Assembly: GCA_964252005.1 (NCBI GenBank)
Contig: CAXULX010000006.1
Span: 24,735-88,734, forward strand
Source: an uncultured Acetobacteraceae bacterium
GTDB lineage: Bacteria > Pseudomonadota > Alphaproteobacteria > Acetobacterales > Acetobacteraceae
DNA: 64,000 nucleotides
Direction: 5' to 3'
The notes below the pieces were generated by a model. That model did no database searches, was not told where the DNA came from, and saw nothing but the letters and a program-made list of their open reading frames with translations. Within the stretch, counting starts at the first letter, position 1. The number at the start of each line of letters is the position of its first letter. The position numbers and the translations under genes are program-made. Of this stretch, positions 20,204-30,703 are shown piece by piece.

Positions 20204-21478
20204 CTAAACGGTGACTCCCGCCTGCTCCGACTGTTTCATGCCGACGCCGGACGTACGGCGCCGGCTATCGCCGAGATGCGACAGGTGCTGGGACAGCCGC
20301 TCCGCCGCGAACCGGGCGCCGTAGATGAACCGCATCGACGGCCCGAACGTCGCGGCCCCCAGGAAGCCGGCGAAATGCAGGCCGGGAACCGACGCTTCAA
20401 AGCTCCGGTCAAGCAGCGGAGCGCCCTTGATCGTCTTGATGTCGGGTGCGATCCCCTCAAGGAACGGAAGGCGGCTGACTTCGGGCCGATACCCCGTCGC
20501 GGCGATGACGTGATCCGCCGCGAGTTCGACGGGTCCCTCCGCCGTCTCCACCAAGAGGCGCGCCTCCTCCCCATGCATCCGGACGGTCCGCAAGGTGCCG
20601 GTGTGGATCGGGATCACCCCATCGACGCGGTGCTTGATCCAGCCCGACCCGGCCGGTGCGAACAGGCCGTACGCCTTGGCATAACGGGTGCCCTGCGGCA
20701 GGTAGCTGAACTGGTAGGGCATCTCCGACCAGAACCAAGTGCGCCATCCCGGTCCCAGGCCGAAGTTCGGCCGCCGCGCCTTTTGCCAGGCGGTGCGGCG
20801 GACGTTCGGATCGTCCTCGTTCTTCGGCTCATACCATTTCAGCGGCCGCCGGGTCAGCATGGTGACCTCGGCGCCCTGCTCGTTCAGCAGGGCGGCGAGT
20901 TCGCAGGCCGATTGCCCGGCGCCGATGACGGTGACCCGGCGTCCGCTGAACTTCGAGAGGTCGTTATGCGCCGAGCTGTGCGACACCATGCCCGGCGCCA
21001 AGGTGGCCAGGGTGTCCGGGACTTGGAGCAAAGGCAGCAGCCCGGTCGCCACGACGACCTTCCGTGCGAGGACCTGCTCCCCGGAATCAAGGGTGAGGCG
21101 GAAGCCGCGGCGCAGCTTGGCAACGTCCAGGACCCGCGCCTCATCCACCTCGCCGACGTAGCGGCGCTGGAACTCCTGGCCATACTCCGCCACGATGTCG
21201 CCGCGGACCCGCAGGCCGATATGCGAGTAGTCGGTCCGGCCGCTTTCCCGGTAGAACCGCTCCAGCGGGAAGGCGTTGCCCGGCGCCGCGATGTTGCTGG
21301 CAAAGGCGTCCGACTTAAGCGTCAGCCCCTTCGGCATGTGGTCCTTCCACATGCCCATCGGCTTGCCGAACGCCCGGAACGGGACGCGCAGATGACGCAG
21401 GTGCGCTGCTATGGACAAGCCATACGGCCCCGCACCGATGACGACAACCTCAACCAACAAACTCTCCTGCGATGACAA
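20204..21478 (-). CDS. FAD/NAD(P)-dependent oxidoreductase (class B flavin monooxygenase-like)
   Basis: GAGPYG and GAGQSA Rossmann motifs, VVVATG, IAATGY, FGPSMRFIYG. Start codon uncertain. Confidence 0.85.
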   Translation of the reverse strand: MSSQESLLVEVVVIGAGPYGLSIAAHLRHLRVPFRAFGKPMGMWKDHMPKGLTLKSDAFASNIAAPGNAFPLERFYRESGRTDYSHIGLRVRGDIVAEYGQEFQRRYVGEVDEARVLDVAKLRRGFRLTLDSGEQVLARKVVVATGLLPLLQVPDTLATLAPGMVSHSSAHNDLSKFSGRRVTVIGAGQSACELAALLNEQGAEVTMLTRRPLKWYEPKNEDDPNVRRTAWQKARRPNFGLGPGWRTWFWSEMPYQFSYLPQGTRYAKAYGLFAPAGSGWIKHRVDGVIPIHTGTLRTVRMHGEEARLLVETAEGPVELAADHVIAATGYRPEVSRLPFLEGIAPDIKTIKGAPLLDRSFEASVPGLHFAGFLGAATFGPSMRFIYGARFAAERLSQHLSHLGDSRRRTSGVGMKQSEQAGVTV

Positions 21479-22055
21479 GGACGACGGGCCGGCAAGGCGA
21501 CAGTGCTGATCCAGGCCAGAATAGAGTGGTCACAGCTTGGCTAGACATCTGCTGGCGATCAAACGCACGGCTTGCGTTCGACACAGAAAACGTCCTCAGA
21601 TTGAGTCGAATAGTAAATCACCTAAGTTATAAGCAAATCTAAATCTGACCTGTGATCCGGACCCGGGATCGGTATTGCCTTGTTCCCTATCGTCCTGCGT
21701 TCATAACGAATAAGTAAACGAATTCACCCGTGAACGTCTTGGGCTAAACGATCTAGGCCGTCGAACGAAGTGGACTACGCGCACCGATCCCCGCCCCCTT
21801 GGCGCGCCGTGGCCGGCCGCAGCGCGTTCATGGAGCATCAACCAGGACCCGGCACGTGCAGCCATCCCGTCACGTAACCTGCAGCGCCCATGCTGCAAGG
21901 CTCACGTCTAAATAAAACTCAACGTTTCAAGTGTTGAAGATGATTATCCCTTTAGGGTAGACGCGCCTGAGATCATCCGCGACGGTCCTCATGCCCCACG
22001 GCCACGCCCGCGCCTCCATCGATGACCAGGCTTCTTCGCCCCGCCGCACGGTCCT

Positions 22056-25000
22056 GTGCCGCCGGGCCAGGTGCCGGCAGCCCCTGGAGGCGGGGGGTTC
22101 AGGCGCAAGGCGGGCGGCGCGGCCATCGGCGGAAGGGTCCGGCCCCGCGCCGTGACCCTCGCCGCCCGCCTGGTGCTGCTGGTCGTGCTCGCCTTGCTCC
22201 CCCCGCTTGCCATTCAGGCATGGAGCGGCCTGGAGCAGCGGCGGGAGCGGGAAGCGGCGCTGCGGGCCGAGGCCGTGGCGCAGACCCGGGCGCTCCAGGT
22301 GGACGTGGTCCGGGTGGCCGAGGGCGTGCGCCAGCTCCTGGTGGCGCTCGCCGAGATGCCCACCATCCGCGCCGGCGACGCCGCGGGCTGCACGGCCTAC
22401 CTGCAGACCGTGGCGCGGCAGTATCCCGCCTATTCCCTGCTGGTCGTCAACGACGCCCAGGGCCTGGTCCTGTGCAGCAGCGCGGGCGCGGCGCCGGGCG
22501 AATACGACAATGCGGCCCGCGCCTACCACCAACGCGCCATGGCGTCGGGCGGCTTCGCGGTGGGCGACCTGGTCACGGGCATTTCGACGCGCCGGCCCAG
22601 CATCCACTTCGCCCTGCCGTTCCGCCGCATGGACGGCGAGCCCGGCGGCGTCGTGGCGGCCAGCGTGGACCAAGCCTGGCTGTCCGGGCAGCTCGCCGCC
22701 GCGGCGCTGCCGCCGGGCGCCGAGGCGCTGGTGCTGGACCCGTCCGGCACGGTGGTGGCCGCCGCCCGGGACGGCCGCCCGGCCGTGGAGGGCTGGTTGG
22801 GCCGCCCGGCGCCCGAGGCGCTGCGCACGGCGCTCCGCGTGAGCGAGGCGGCGGCGGTCGAGGCGGCCGCGCCGGACGGCGCGGCGCGGCTGTTCGGGGC
22901 CGTGCCGTCCGGCCCCATCCTCGGCGGAATGGTGGTCGCGGCCGGGCTGGACCGCATCCGGATGCTCTCGGAGCTGCGCGAAACGTCCGAGCGCAACCTG
23001 CTGGCGCTGGCCGTCGGCGCGGCGTTGGCGATGAGCGCGGGCATCGTCTGCGGACGCCGCTTCGTGCTCGCCCCCTTGGCCCGGCTCGCCGCCGCCGCCG
23101 ACCGGGTGGGCGGCGGCGAGCTGGGCGCGCGCGCCGACCTGGACCGCCGCTCGGGCGAGATGCGCGAGGTGGGCGCGGCCTTTGACCGCATGTCCGCGGC
23201 GCTCGCCGCACGCGAGGGCGAGCGCGATTGGGCCGAGGCCGCCCGGCGGGCGGGGGAGGCGCGCCTGGACGCGGCGCTCGCCGTGGCGCGGCTCGGCACG
23301 TTCGAATGGAACCCGGTCACCGACGCCCTGACGCTGGACGGGCGCAGCCGCGAGATCTTCGGCTTCGCGCCCGGCGAGGGCACGCGCGGGCAGGAGGTGT
23401 TCGAGCGCATCGACCCGTCCGACCTCGGCCGCGTCGCCGCCGAGGTGGAAGCTTCGCGCCAGGCGCCGTCCCGCCTGGAGACGGAGTACCGCGCCCACCT
23501 GCCGGACGGCACGGTCCGCACCATCCTGTGCATCAGCGACGCCGTCCCGGGCGCCGACGGCAGGGCCGAACGCATGCTCGGCGTGTTCAGCGACGTCACT
23601 GACCGCACCCGCGCGGAGGCGGCGCTGCGCGACGAGCGGAACCGGCTGGAGGTGCTGAACCGCACCGGGGCGCAGCTCGCCGCCGAGCTGGACCCCGACC
23701 GGCTCGTGCAGGCGGTGACCGACGCGGGCGTGGAGCTGACGGGCGCGCGGTTCGGCGCGTTCCTCTATGACACAGAGGGCGCGGAGGGCGGCAGCGACGC
23801 GCTTTATGCCCTGTCCGGGGCGGACCGGCCCGCCTTCAAGGGGGTCTTCATGCCGCGCGCGGCCCATGTGTTCGGGCCGGCGCACAACGAGGGCGTGATG
23901 CGCTCGGACGACCTCACCGCCGACCCGCGTTGCGGGCCGGGCGAGCGGCACCGGGGCATGCCCGACGGATGCCTGCCGGTGCGGAGCTACCTCGCGGCGC
24001 CCGTCGTGTCCCGCGGCGGCGAGGCGCTGGGCAGCTTGGTCTTCGGCCATCCCGAGCCGGGCGTGTTCACCGAGGCGGCGGAGCGCGTGGTGGCCGGCCT
24101 CGCTGGCCAGGCCGCGTCCGCGATCGACAATGCGCGGCTGTTCCGGGCGGCCCAGCGCGCGAAGGAGACGCTGGAGGCGCGGGTGGAGGAGCGCACCCGG
24201 GACCTGCGCCTCGCCATCGCGACCCTGCACGAGGAGGTGCTGGAGCGGGAGCGGACCGAGGATGCGCTGCGCCAAAGCCAGAAGATGGAGGCGGTGGGCC
24301 AGCTCACGGGCGGCATCGCGCATGATTTCAACAACATGCTCCAGGGCATCGGCGGCGCGCTGGAGACGGTGCAGCGCCGCGTCGCGCAGGGCCGCATCGC
24401 CGACACGGCGCCGCTGATGGAGGCGGCGCGCCAAGGGCTGACGCGCGCAGCGGCGCTGACCCAGCGCCTGCTCGCGTTCGCGCGCCGGCAGGCGCTGGAC
24501 CCGCGCCCCGTCGAGCCGGACACGCTGATCGAGGGCATGGGGGAGTTGATCCGGGGCACAATGGGGCCGGGCGTCGCGGTCGAGATGCGCCTGCACGACG
24601 GACTCTGGACCGTGCTGTGCGATCCCAACCAGTTGGAGAACGCGCTGCTCAACCTCGCCATCAACGCCCGCGACGCCATGCCAGACGGCGGCAGGCTCAC
24701 CATCGCGACCGGGGACGTGCGCCTGTCCGCGGCGGATGTCGCCGGGCACGACGGCGCCGTGCCGGGCCACTACGTCGAGATCAGCGTGGCCGACACCGGC
24801 GCGGGCATGGACGAGGCGACGCGGGCGCGCGCCTTCGAGCCGTTCTTCACCACGAAGCCGCTCGGGCACGGGACGGGGCTGGGCCTGTCGCAGCTTTACG
24901 GCTTCGTGCGGCAGAGCGGCGGCCTGGTGCGCCTGGACAGCGCGCCGGGCCGGGGCACGGTCGTGCGCCTCCATCTGCCGCACCACCACGGGGACGAAGC

Positions 25001-25418
25001 GGTTGCGGAAACGAGGCCGGACCATGAGGATTCCGTGGCCGGCGAAGGCGGGACCGTGCTGCTGGTGGAGGACGAGGACAGCGTGCGCGTGGTCGCGGCC
25101 GAGCGGCTGCGCGAGCTGGGCTACGAGGTGCTGGAAGCCGGCGACGGGCCGGCGGCGCTCCGGCTGCTGCGCGCGGGCGGGCGCGTGGACCTGCTGGTGA
25201 CCGACGTGGGGCTGCCCGGCGGCATGAACGGGCGGCAGGTCGCCGACGCCGCGCGGGAACGCAGGCCGGACCTGCCCGTGCTGTTCATCACGGGCTACGC
25301 CGGCTCCGCCTTCGACGGCCGGCTTGCGCCGGGCATGCAGGTGATCGGCAAGCCGTTCCCGCTGGATGCGCTGGCCGCCCGGGTGCGGTCCATGCTGGAG
25401 ATGGCCTTCGTCCCGTAA
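22056..25418 (+). CDS. Hybrid sensor histidine kinase (Cache-HAMP-PAS-GAF-HisKA-HATPase-REC)
   Basis: Two TM segments, GIAHDFNN H-box, NLAINARDAM, DTGAGM, FEPFFTTK, GTGLGL, receiver LLVED/TDVGLPG/KPF. Start uncertain. Confidence 0.93.
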   Translation: MPPGQVPAAPGGGGFRRKAGGAAIGGRVRPRAVTLAARLVLLVVLALLPPLAIQAWSGLEQRREREAALRAEAVAQTRALQVDVVRVAEGVRQLLVALAEMPTIRAGDAAGCTAYLQTVARQYPAYSLLVVNDAQGLVLCSSAGAAPGEYDNAARAYHQRAMASGGFAVGDLVTGISTRRPSIHFALPFRRMDGEPGGVVAASVDQAWLSGQLAAAALPPGAEALVLDPSGTVVAAARDGRPAVEGWLGRPAPEALRTALRVSEAAAVEAAAPDGAARLFGAVPSGPILGGMVVAAGLDRIRMLSELRETSERNLLALAVGAALAMSAGIVCGRRFVLAPLARLAAAADRVGGGELGARADLDRRSGEMREVGAAFDRMSAALAAREGERDWAEAARRAGEARLDAALAVARLGTFEWNPVTDALTLDGRSREIFGFAPGEGTRGQEVFERIDPSDLGRVAAEVEASRQAPSRLETEYRAHLPDGTVRTILCISDAVPGADGRAERMLGVFSDVTDRTRAEAALRDERNRLEVLNRTGAQLAAELDPDRLVQAVTDAGVELTGARFGAFLYDTEGAEGGSDALYALSGADRPAFKGVFMPRAAHVFGPAHNEGVMRSDDLTADPRCGPGERHRGMPDGCLPVRSYLAAPVVSRGGEALGSLVFGHPEPGVFTEAAERVVAGLAGQAASAIDNARLFRAAQRAKETLEARVEERTRDLRLAIATLHEEVLERERTEDALRQSQKMEAVGQLTGGIAHDFNNMLQGIGGALETVQRRVAQGRIADTAPLMEAARQGLTRAAALTQRLLAFARRQALDPRPVEPDTLIEGMGELIRGTMGPGVAVEMRLHDGLWTVLCDPNQLENALLNLAINARDAMPDGGRLTIATGDVRLSAADVAGHDGAVPGHYVEISVADTGAGMDEATRARAFEPFFTTKPLGHGTGLGLSQLYGFVRQSGGLVRLDSAPGRGTVVRLHLPHHHGDEAVAETRPDHEDSVAGEGGTVLLVEDEDSVRVVAAERLRELGYEVLEAGDGPAALRLLRAGGRVDLLVTDVGLPGGMNGRQVADAARERRPDLPVLFITGYAGSAFDGRLAPGMQVIGKPFPLDALAARVRSMLEMAFVP

Positions 25419-25423
25419 GACCT

Positions 25424-25449
25424 GACGGCAGCGTGACATCCCTGCCGTC
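25424..25449 (+). terminator. Hairpin just after kinase stop
   Basis: gacggcag-N10-ctgccgtc 8-bp stem; no U tract. Confidence 0.35.
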
Positions 25450-25580
25450 TCGGCCGCGTTGACTCCGGCGCGTGCGCACGCCTAGCGTGACCCGGTGCCG
25501 TGGCGCGGCGCACAGGGTGTGCGGGCCATGGCGCGAGGCGCTTGCCCGCCGTTTTCCCCACCATAGACGCTGGAGACCGC

Positions 25581-26843
25581 ATGACAGGGCAGACCGTTAC
25601 GCTCACTGCCGCGGATGGCGGGTCGTTTGCGGCCTACCTGTCGCTTCCGGGGTCCGGCAGCGGCCCGGGGATCGTCCTGTTGCAGGAGATCTTCGGCGTG
25701 AACGCGAACATGCGCGCCGTGGCGGACTCCTACGCCGAGGAGGGCTACGTGGTGCTCGCCCCCGACCTGTTCTGGCGGCTGGAGCCGGGCGTGGACCTTG
25801 GCGTCGGCGACGCAGACATGCAAAAGGCGCTGTCGCTCAACAAGCGGTTCGACGTGGCGAAGGCGGTCGAGGACATCTCTGCAACCGTCGCGGCGCTCCG
25901 CGGCATGGCGGCCTGCACCGGCCAGGTCGGCGCGCTCGGCTTCTGCCTGGGCGGCCGGCTGGCGGTCCTGGCGGCGGCGCGATGCGGCGTGGATGGCGCG
26001 GTGGGCTACTACGGCGTCGGCATCGAGGGCGTGCTGGACGAGGCGGCCGCGATCGCCGTCCCGCTCGCGCTGCATTTCGGCGCCGAGGACACCCATGTCC
26101 CGCCCGAGGCGCTGGCGCGGATCGCCGCGCGCCTGTCCGGCCGCCCGGGGATCGAGGTCCACGTCTATCCCGGCGCCGGGCACGGTTTCGCCGCCCCCGG
26201 GCGCGACGCCTTCGACAAGCCGGCGGCGATGATGGCGCATTCCCGATCCATCGCGCTGTTCCGCCGGGTGATGGGGCCGCATTACGACCTGGGCGCGCTG
26301 TGGGACAAGCATTGCGAATACGAGTTCGGCCTGCGCGACGTGGCCCGCACCATGTCCACCATGGTGCCGGAGCCGTACGTGAACCACATCCCGACCATGA
26401 CCGGCGGCGTCGGCTACCGCGAGCTGTACCGGTTCTACCAGCACCATTTCGTGGACAGCAACCCGGCCGACACGAAGCTCGTCCCGGTCTCCCGCACCAT
26501 CGGCTCCGACCGGGTGGTGGACGAGATGCTGTTCAGCTTCACCCATGACCGGGAGATCGACTGGATCCTGCCGGGCGTGGCGCCCACCGGGCGGTTCGTC
26601 GAGGTGCCGCTGCTCGCCGTCATCTGCTTCCGCGGCGACAAGCTCTACAACGAGCACATCTATTGGGATCAGGCGTCCGTGCTGGTGCAGGTCGGGTTGC
26701 TCGATCCGGCGCTCTACCCGGTCGCCGGGCGGGAGCAGGCTGCGAAGCTGCTCGATCCCGGCCTGCCGTCCAACACGCTCAACCCGCGTTGGGGCCGCAG
26801 CGCGCCGTCGGCCCAGCCGGACGTGGCCGCCGCCGCGGAGTAG
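25581..26843 (+). CDS. Dienelactone hydrolase fused to SnoaL/NTF2-like domain
   Basis: QEIFG, GFCLGG, YPGAGHGF; C-terminal PYVNHIPTMTGG and EHIYWDQASVL; GGAG RBS. Confidence 0.9.
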   Translation: MTGQTVTLTAADGGSFAAYLSLPGSGSGPGIVLLQEIFGVNANMRAVADSYAEEGYVVLAPDLFWRLEPGVDLGVGDADMQKALSLNKRFDVAKAVEDISATVAALRGMAACTGQVGALGFCLGGRLAVLAAARCGVDGAVGYYGVGIEGVLDEAAAIAVPLALHFGAEDTHVPPEALARIAARLSGRPGIEVHVYPGAGHGFAAPGRDAFDKPAAMMAHSRSIALFRRVMGPHYDLGALWDKHCEYEFGLRDVARTMSTMVPEPYVNHIPTMTGGVGYRELYRFYQHHFVDSNPADTKLVPVSRTIGSDRVVDEMLFSFTHDREIDWILPGVAPTGRFVEVPLLAVICFRGDKLYNEHIYWDQASVLVQVGLLDPALYPVAGREQAAKLLDPGLPSNTLNPRWGRSAPSAQPDVAAAAE

Positions 26844-26952
26844 CGGCCGGCGAAGCGCCGCTCCTCCAACGCCGCGGGGCCTCCGATCCGCTTGGCGGCC
26901 GGCCCGGCCGCGCGCATGCTGGCCGCGGGGATCACGGAGGCGGCGCGCAACG

Positions 26953-27582
26953 ATGGCGGAACCAGGCTGGCTGACTTGGACCCGGGAACTCCAGGCCATC
27001 GCCCAAACCGGCCTCGCCTTCGTGCGCGACCCTTACGACCGCGAGCGGTACGAGAGCCTGCGCGCCCTGGCCTCCCGGATCATGGCCGCCCACACCGCGG
27101 CGCCGGCCGAACGGATCGAGGCGTTGTTTGCCGGCGAGCACGGCTACGCGACCCCCAAGGTGGACGTGCGCGGCGCGGCGTTCGACGGTGACGGACGGCT
27201 GCTCATGGTGCGGGAGGTCGCGGATGGCGGGCGCTGGACGCTGCCCGGCGGCTGGGCGGACGTGAACCTCACGGCCGCGGAGAACGTGGTCAAGGAGATG
27301 CGGGAGGAAAGCGGCTACGAGGTGCGCGTGCGCAAGCTGGCCGCCGTCTGGGACCGGACCCGTCAGGGCCATCCGGACCGCGTGTTCTCCTGCTGCAAGC
27401 TGTTCTTCATCTGCGACGTGGCGGGGGGCGCCGCGGCGACGGGGCCGGAAACGTCGGAGGTCCGGTGGTTCACGGAGGACGAGTTGCCCGGCGATCTCTC
27501 ATTGGGCCGGGTGCTGCCCGGCCAGCTTCGGCGCATGTTCGAGCATGCCCGCGACCCCGCCTTGCCGACCGAATTCGACTGA
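26953..27582 (+). CDS. NUDIX hydrolase with N-terminal NUDIX_N domain
   Basis: GYATPKVDVRG; PGGWADVNLTAAENVVKEMREESG Nudix box. Confidence 0.92.
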   Translation: MAEPGWLTWTRELQAIAQTGLAFVRDPYDRERYESLRALASRIMAAHTAAPAERIEALFAGEHGYATPKVDVRGAAFDGDGRLLMVREVADGGRWTLPGGWADVNLTAAENVVKEMREESGYEVRVRKLAAVWDRTRQGHPDRVFSCCKLFFICDVAGGAAATGPETSEVRWFTEDELPGDLSLGRVLPGQLRRMFEHARDPALPTEFD

Positions 27583-27612
27583 CCCGCCCGCCCCGGCGCT
27601 TCGGCCGGCGCC

Positions 27613-29400
27613 CTACCGCCCCGCCGCGTAGCCCTGCATGCCGCGCGGGTTGGCGCCGGCGAACATCTGCCGGCCTTCCAGCCGCGCCGCGGAGAGCCGG
27701 CCCTCGGACCAGTCCGGCCCCTGCTCCGCCATGTGGCCGCGCGCGCGCAGGTCGTCCAGCACGCCCGCGGGATAGCGGCCCTCCAGCACCAGCCTGCCGG
27801 GCCGGGCGACGCGCGGCCAGAAGCTGCTGGGCCAATGCTCGGAGTGGAAGCTCGGCATGTCGATGGCCTGCTGTATGCCCAGGTTGTTGTGCACCATGCG
27901 CAGGAAGAAGGTCAGCGACCACTGGTCCTGCTGCTCGCCCCCCGGCGTGCCGAACGCCATCCAGGGGGCGCCGTCGCGCAGCGCGAAGCTCGGGGACAGC
28001 GTGGTGCGCGGGCGCTTGCGCGGCGCCAGGCTGTTCGGCAGGCCGGGCCTCAGCCAGAACATCTGCCCGCGCGTGCCCATGGGGAAGCCGAGGCCCGGCA
28101 CCACCGGCGAGGATTGCAGCCAGCCGCCCGAGGGCGTGGCGCTGACCATGTTGCCCCAGCGGTCGATGACATCGACATGCACGGTGTCGGCGCCGATCAC
28201 GCCCAGCCGCGCCACCGTCGGCTCGCCCGCGCCCGGCGCCTGGTCGAGCATCCCGGCCCGGCGGTGCGCGCCGTGGTCCACCCACGGCTCGAAGCCCGGG
28301 ATCTCGCCGGGGCGCAGCTCCATGGACGCCTGCGGCCCCACCTCGGCGCGGCGCGTCAGGTTGTAGTTGGGCGATAGCAGGTCGGCGAGCGGCACGGCGG
28401 CGAAGTCGGGGTCGCCGTAATACGCCTCCCGGTCGGCGAAGGCGAGCTTGGCGCACTCGACGACGGTGTGCACGAAGTCGGGGCCGAGCGGGTCCATCGC
28501 CCCGATGTCGAAGCCGCGCAGCAGCGACAACTGCTGGAGGAACACCGGCCCCTGGCTCCACGGGCCGCATTTCAGCACGGTGTGGCCGTGGTAGTCGTAG
28601 GCCACGGGGTCCTCAACCGTCGCGGACCATTGCGAAAAATCCTGCGCGGCGAGCAGCCCGCGATGCCGCCGGCCGGAGGCGTCGAGCACCTCCGTGTCCG
28701 CGAAGAACCGCCCGACCGCCTCGGCCACGAAGCCCTGGTACCAGGCGGCGCAGGCGGCATCGATGCGCGCCTCCCGCGTGCCGCCCACGGCCTCCCGGCA
28801 CAGGCGCTGATAGGTCGCGGCGAGGTCCGGGTTGGCGAACAGGCCGCCCACCGGGGGCGTGGCGCCGCCGGGGAGGAAGATGGCGGCGCTGCTGGGCCAC
28901 TCAGCCTCGAACAACGGGCGCACCCCCTCGATGGTGGCGGGGACGCGCGGCACCAGCGGCACGCCGGCGGTCGCGTAGCCGATGGCGTAGGCCAGGACGT
29001 CGGCCAGCTCCCACGTACCCCAGTCCCGCAGCATCCGGCACCACGCACCGAACGCGCCCGGCACCACCGCGGGCAGCAGCCCAGTCGCCGGGATCAGGTC
29101 GAGATCGAGCGCCGCAAAGTGATCGAGCGTCGCAGCCTCGGGCGACACGCCCTGGCCGCAGATCACGTGCTGGGTGCCGGTCCGGGCGCTGTGGACGATG
29201 ATCGGCGCGTCGCCGCCGGGTCCGTTCAGGTGCGGCTCGGCGACCTGCAGGACGAAGCCCGCCGCGGCGGCGGCGTCGAACGCGTTGCCGCCGCGCTCCA
29301 GCACCGCCATGCCGACGGCGCTGGCCAGCCAATGCGTGCTGGCGACGACGCCGAAGGTGCCGGCGATCTCGGGTCGCGTGGTGAACCACGTTGTGAGCAT
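27613..29400 (-). CDS. Gamma-glutamyltransferase family protein
   Basis: GGNAFDAA, NGPGGD, DTVHVDVID (Thr nucleophile), RPRTTLSP, GTPGG. Confidence 0.92.
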   Translation of the reverse strand: MLTTWFTTRPEIAGTFGVVASTHWLASAVGMAVLERGGNAFDAAAAAGFVLQVAEPHLNGPGGDAPIIVHSARTGTQHVICGQGVSPEAATLDHFAALDLDLIPATGLLPAVVPGAFGAWCRMLRDWGTWELADVLAYAIGYATAGVPLVPRVPATIEGVRPLFEAEWPSSAAIFLPGGATPPVGGLFANPDLAATYQRLCREAVGGTREARIDAACAAWYQGFVAEAVGRFFADTEVLDASGRRHRGLLAAQDFSQWSATVEDPVAYDYHGHTVLKCGPWSQGPVFLQQLSLLRGFDIGAMDPLGPDFVHTVVECAKLAFADREAYYGDPDFAAVPLADLLSPNYNLTRRAEVGPQASMELRPGEIPGFEPWVDHGAHRRAGMLDQAPGAGEPTVARLGVIGADTVHVDVIDRWGNMVSATPSGGWLQSSPVVPGLGFPMGTRGQMFWLRPGLPNSLAPRKRPRTTLSPSFALRDGAPWMAFGTPGGEQQDQWSLTFFLRMVHNNLGIQQAIDMPSFHSEHWPSSFWPRVARPGRLVLEGRYPAGVLDDLRARGHMAEQGPDWSEGRLSAARLEGRQMFAGANPRGMQGYAAGR

Positions 29401-29481
29401 GGGAAGCGGTCTCCGGGTTGCGCGGCGCCCAGCCTACCGCCAAGGTCCGTCCGCGTAAAACCAGCGCATGACGGAGCGCCG

Positions 29482-30033
29482 ATGCTGATCCTGATCGTCG
29501 GGCCTTCCGGGGCCGGCAAAGACACCCTGCTGAACGGCGCCCGCGACGCGCTGGCGGACGACCCGCGCCTCCGCTTCGTGCGCCGCGTCATCACCCGGCC
29601 CGGCGACATGGGGCAGGAGGCGCATGAGAGCGTGACCGAACAGGCGTTCGAGCTGCGCAAGCAGGCCGGTGATTTCGCGCTGACCTGGCGGGCGCACGGG
29701 CTGCATTACGGCATCCCGGCCGACATCTCGTTCGACCTGGCGCGCGGCCGGATCGTCGTCGTGAACGTGTCCCGCGCGGTGGTGGCGGAGGCGGCGGCGC
29801 GCTTCCCGGTCTCGGTGATCGAAATCTCGGCGCCGGCGGACGTGCTGGCGCTGCGGCTCGCGGCGCGCGGGCGGGAGGACGCGGTGGACGTGGCGCGCCG
29901 CCTGGCCCGCTCCATCGAGCTGCGGCTGCCGGTGGAGCGGCAGACGGTGATGAACGACGGCACGGTCGAGGCCGGGGTGCGCGAGCTGCTGGCCGCGATC
30001 ACCCGCGCATCGGGAGACGCTCTGCAATCGTGA
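29482..30033 (+). CDS. phnN: Ribose 1,5-bisphosphate phosphokinase PhnN
   Basis: VGPSGAGKDTL, RRVITRP, WRAHGLHYGIP, RLAARGRE. Confidence 0.92.
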   Translation: MLILIVGPSGAGKDTLLNGARDALADDPRLRFVRRVITRPGDMGQEAHESVTEQAFELRKQAGDFALTWRAHGLHYGIPADISFDLARGRIVVVNVSRAVVAEAAARFPVSVIEISAPADVLALRLAARGREDAVDVARRLARSIELRLPVERQTVMNDGTVEAGVRELLAAITRASGDALQS

Positions 30034-30664
30034 ACGGGGCGCCGGGTTGGGCTTGGGTGAACACGCAGATGTCCTCGACCCGGCGCGGGTGCGGCAGCGC
30101 GCTTGCGAGGTGCGCCGCCGCGGCCGGCAGGAACACGGCGCGCTCGGCGTCCGTCAGGCGCCGGGTCAGGGTCATGTGGAAGCGCCACTCGTCGAACACG
30201 CCGGGATAGCCCCAGCGGAGCAGGTTCGCCTCCCGTGCCTCGGACAGCCCGCCCTTGCGGCGCCGGGCCAGTTCGGCCTCGTCCGGCGGCGCGCGGTGGT
30301 GGTCCACCTCGGCGACGCAGGCATCGGCCAGGGCGCGCAAAGCGGGGCACGGCTCGGCCTCCCGCACCGCGAGGAACCCCGACAGGTCCGCCACATGCAG
30401 CGGCGGCAGGGCGAACGGGGCCAGCCGGCGCGCCAGGGCGGCGGCATCGTCCACGAAGGCGTGGTAGTTCGTCCGGAGCCGCATCGGCGGCTTCAGCGTG
30501 CAGTGGAAGCCGTATAGCCGCGCGTCGGCGGTGACGGCGTGGATGTCCGGCACGCCGGGCTGCGGCAGGGTGGCCGCGGTCTCCGGGTCGCGGCCCAACC
30601 AGGCGCACGCCGCCGGCCACAGCGGGTCGGTCAGGGCGGGGGCATAGTACAGCGCGGCACGCAC
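29999..30664 (-). CDS. DUF1045 phosphonate-metabolism protein (2H phosphoesterase-like)
   Basis: RAALYYAP, YGFHCTLKPP, WGYP, FHMTLT (two HxT motifs); GTG start at 30664. Confidence 0.88.
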   Translation of the reverse strand: MRAALYYAPALTDPLWPAACAWLGRDPETAATLPQPGVPDIHAVTADARLYGFHCTLKPPMRLRTNYHAFVDDAAALARRLAPFALPPLHVADLSGFLAVREAEPCPALRALADACVAEVDHHRAPPDEAELARRRKGGLSEAREANLLRWGYPGVFDEWRFHMTLTRRLTDAERAVFLPAAAAHLASALPHPRRVEDICVFTQAQPGAPFTIAERLPMRG

Positions 30665-30703
30665 GCCTAAGCAGCCTTTTGATGACGGGGCCAAACCGGA
30701 CGT

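Noticed and set aside
25459-25488. TTGACT-N18-TAGCGT sigma70-like promoter before the DLH gene
   Set aside because: Plausible, but weak -10 and no independent support.
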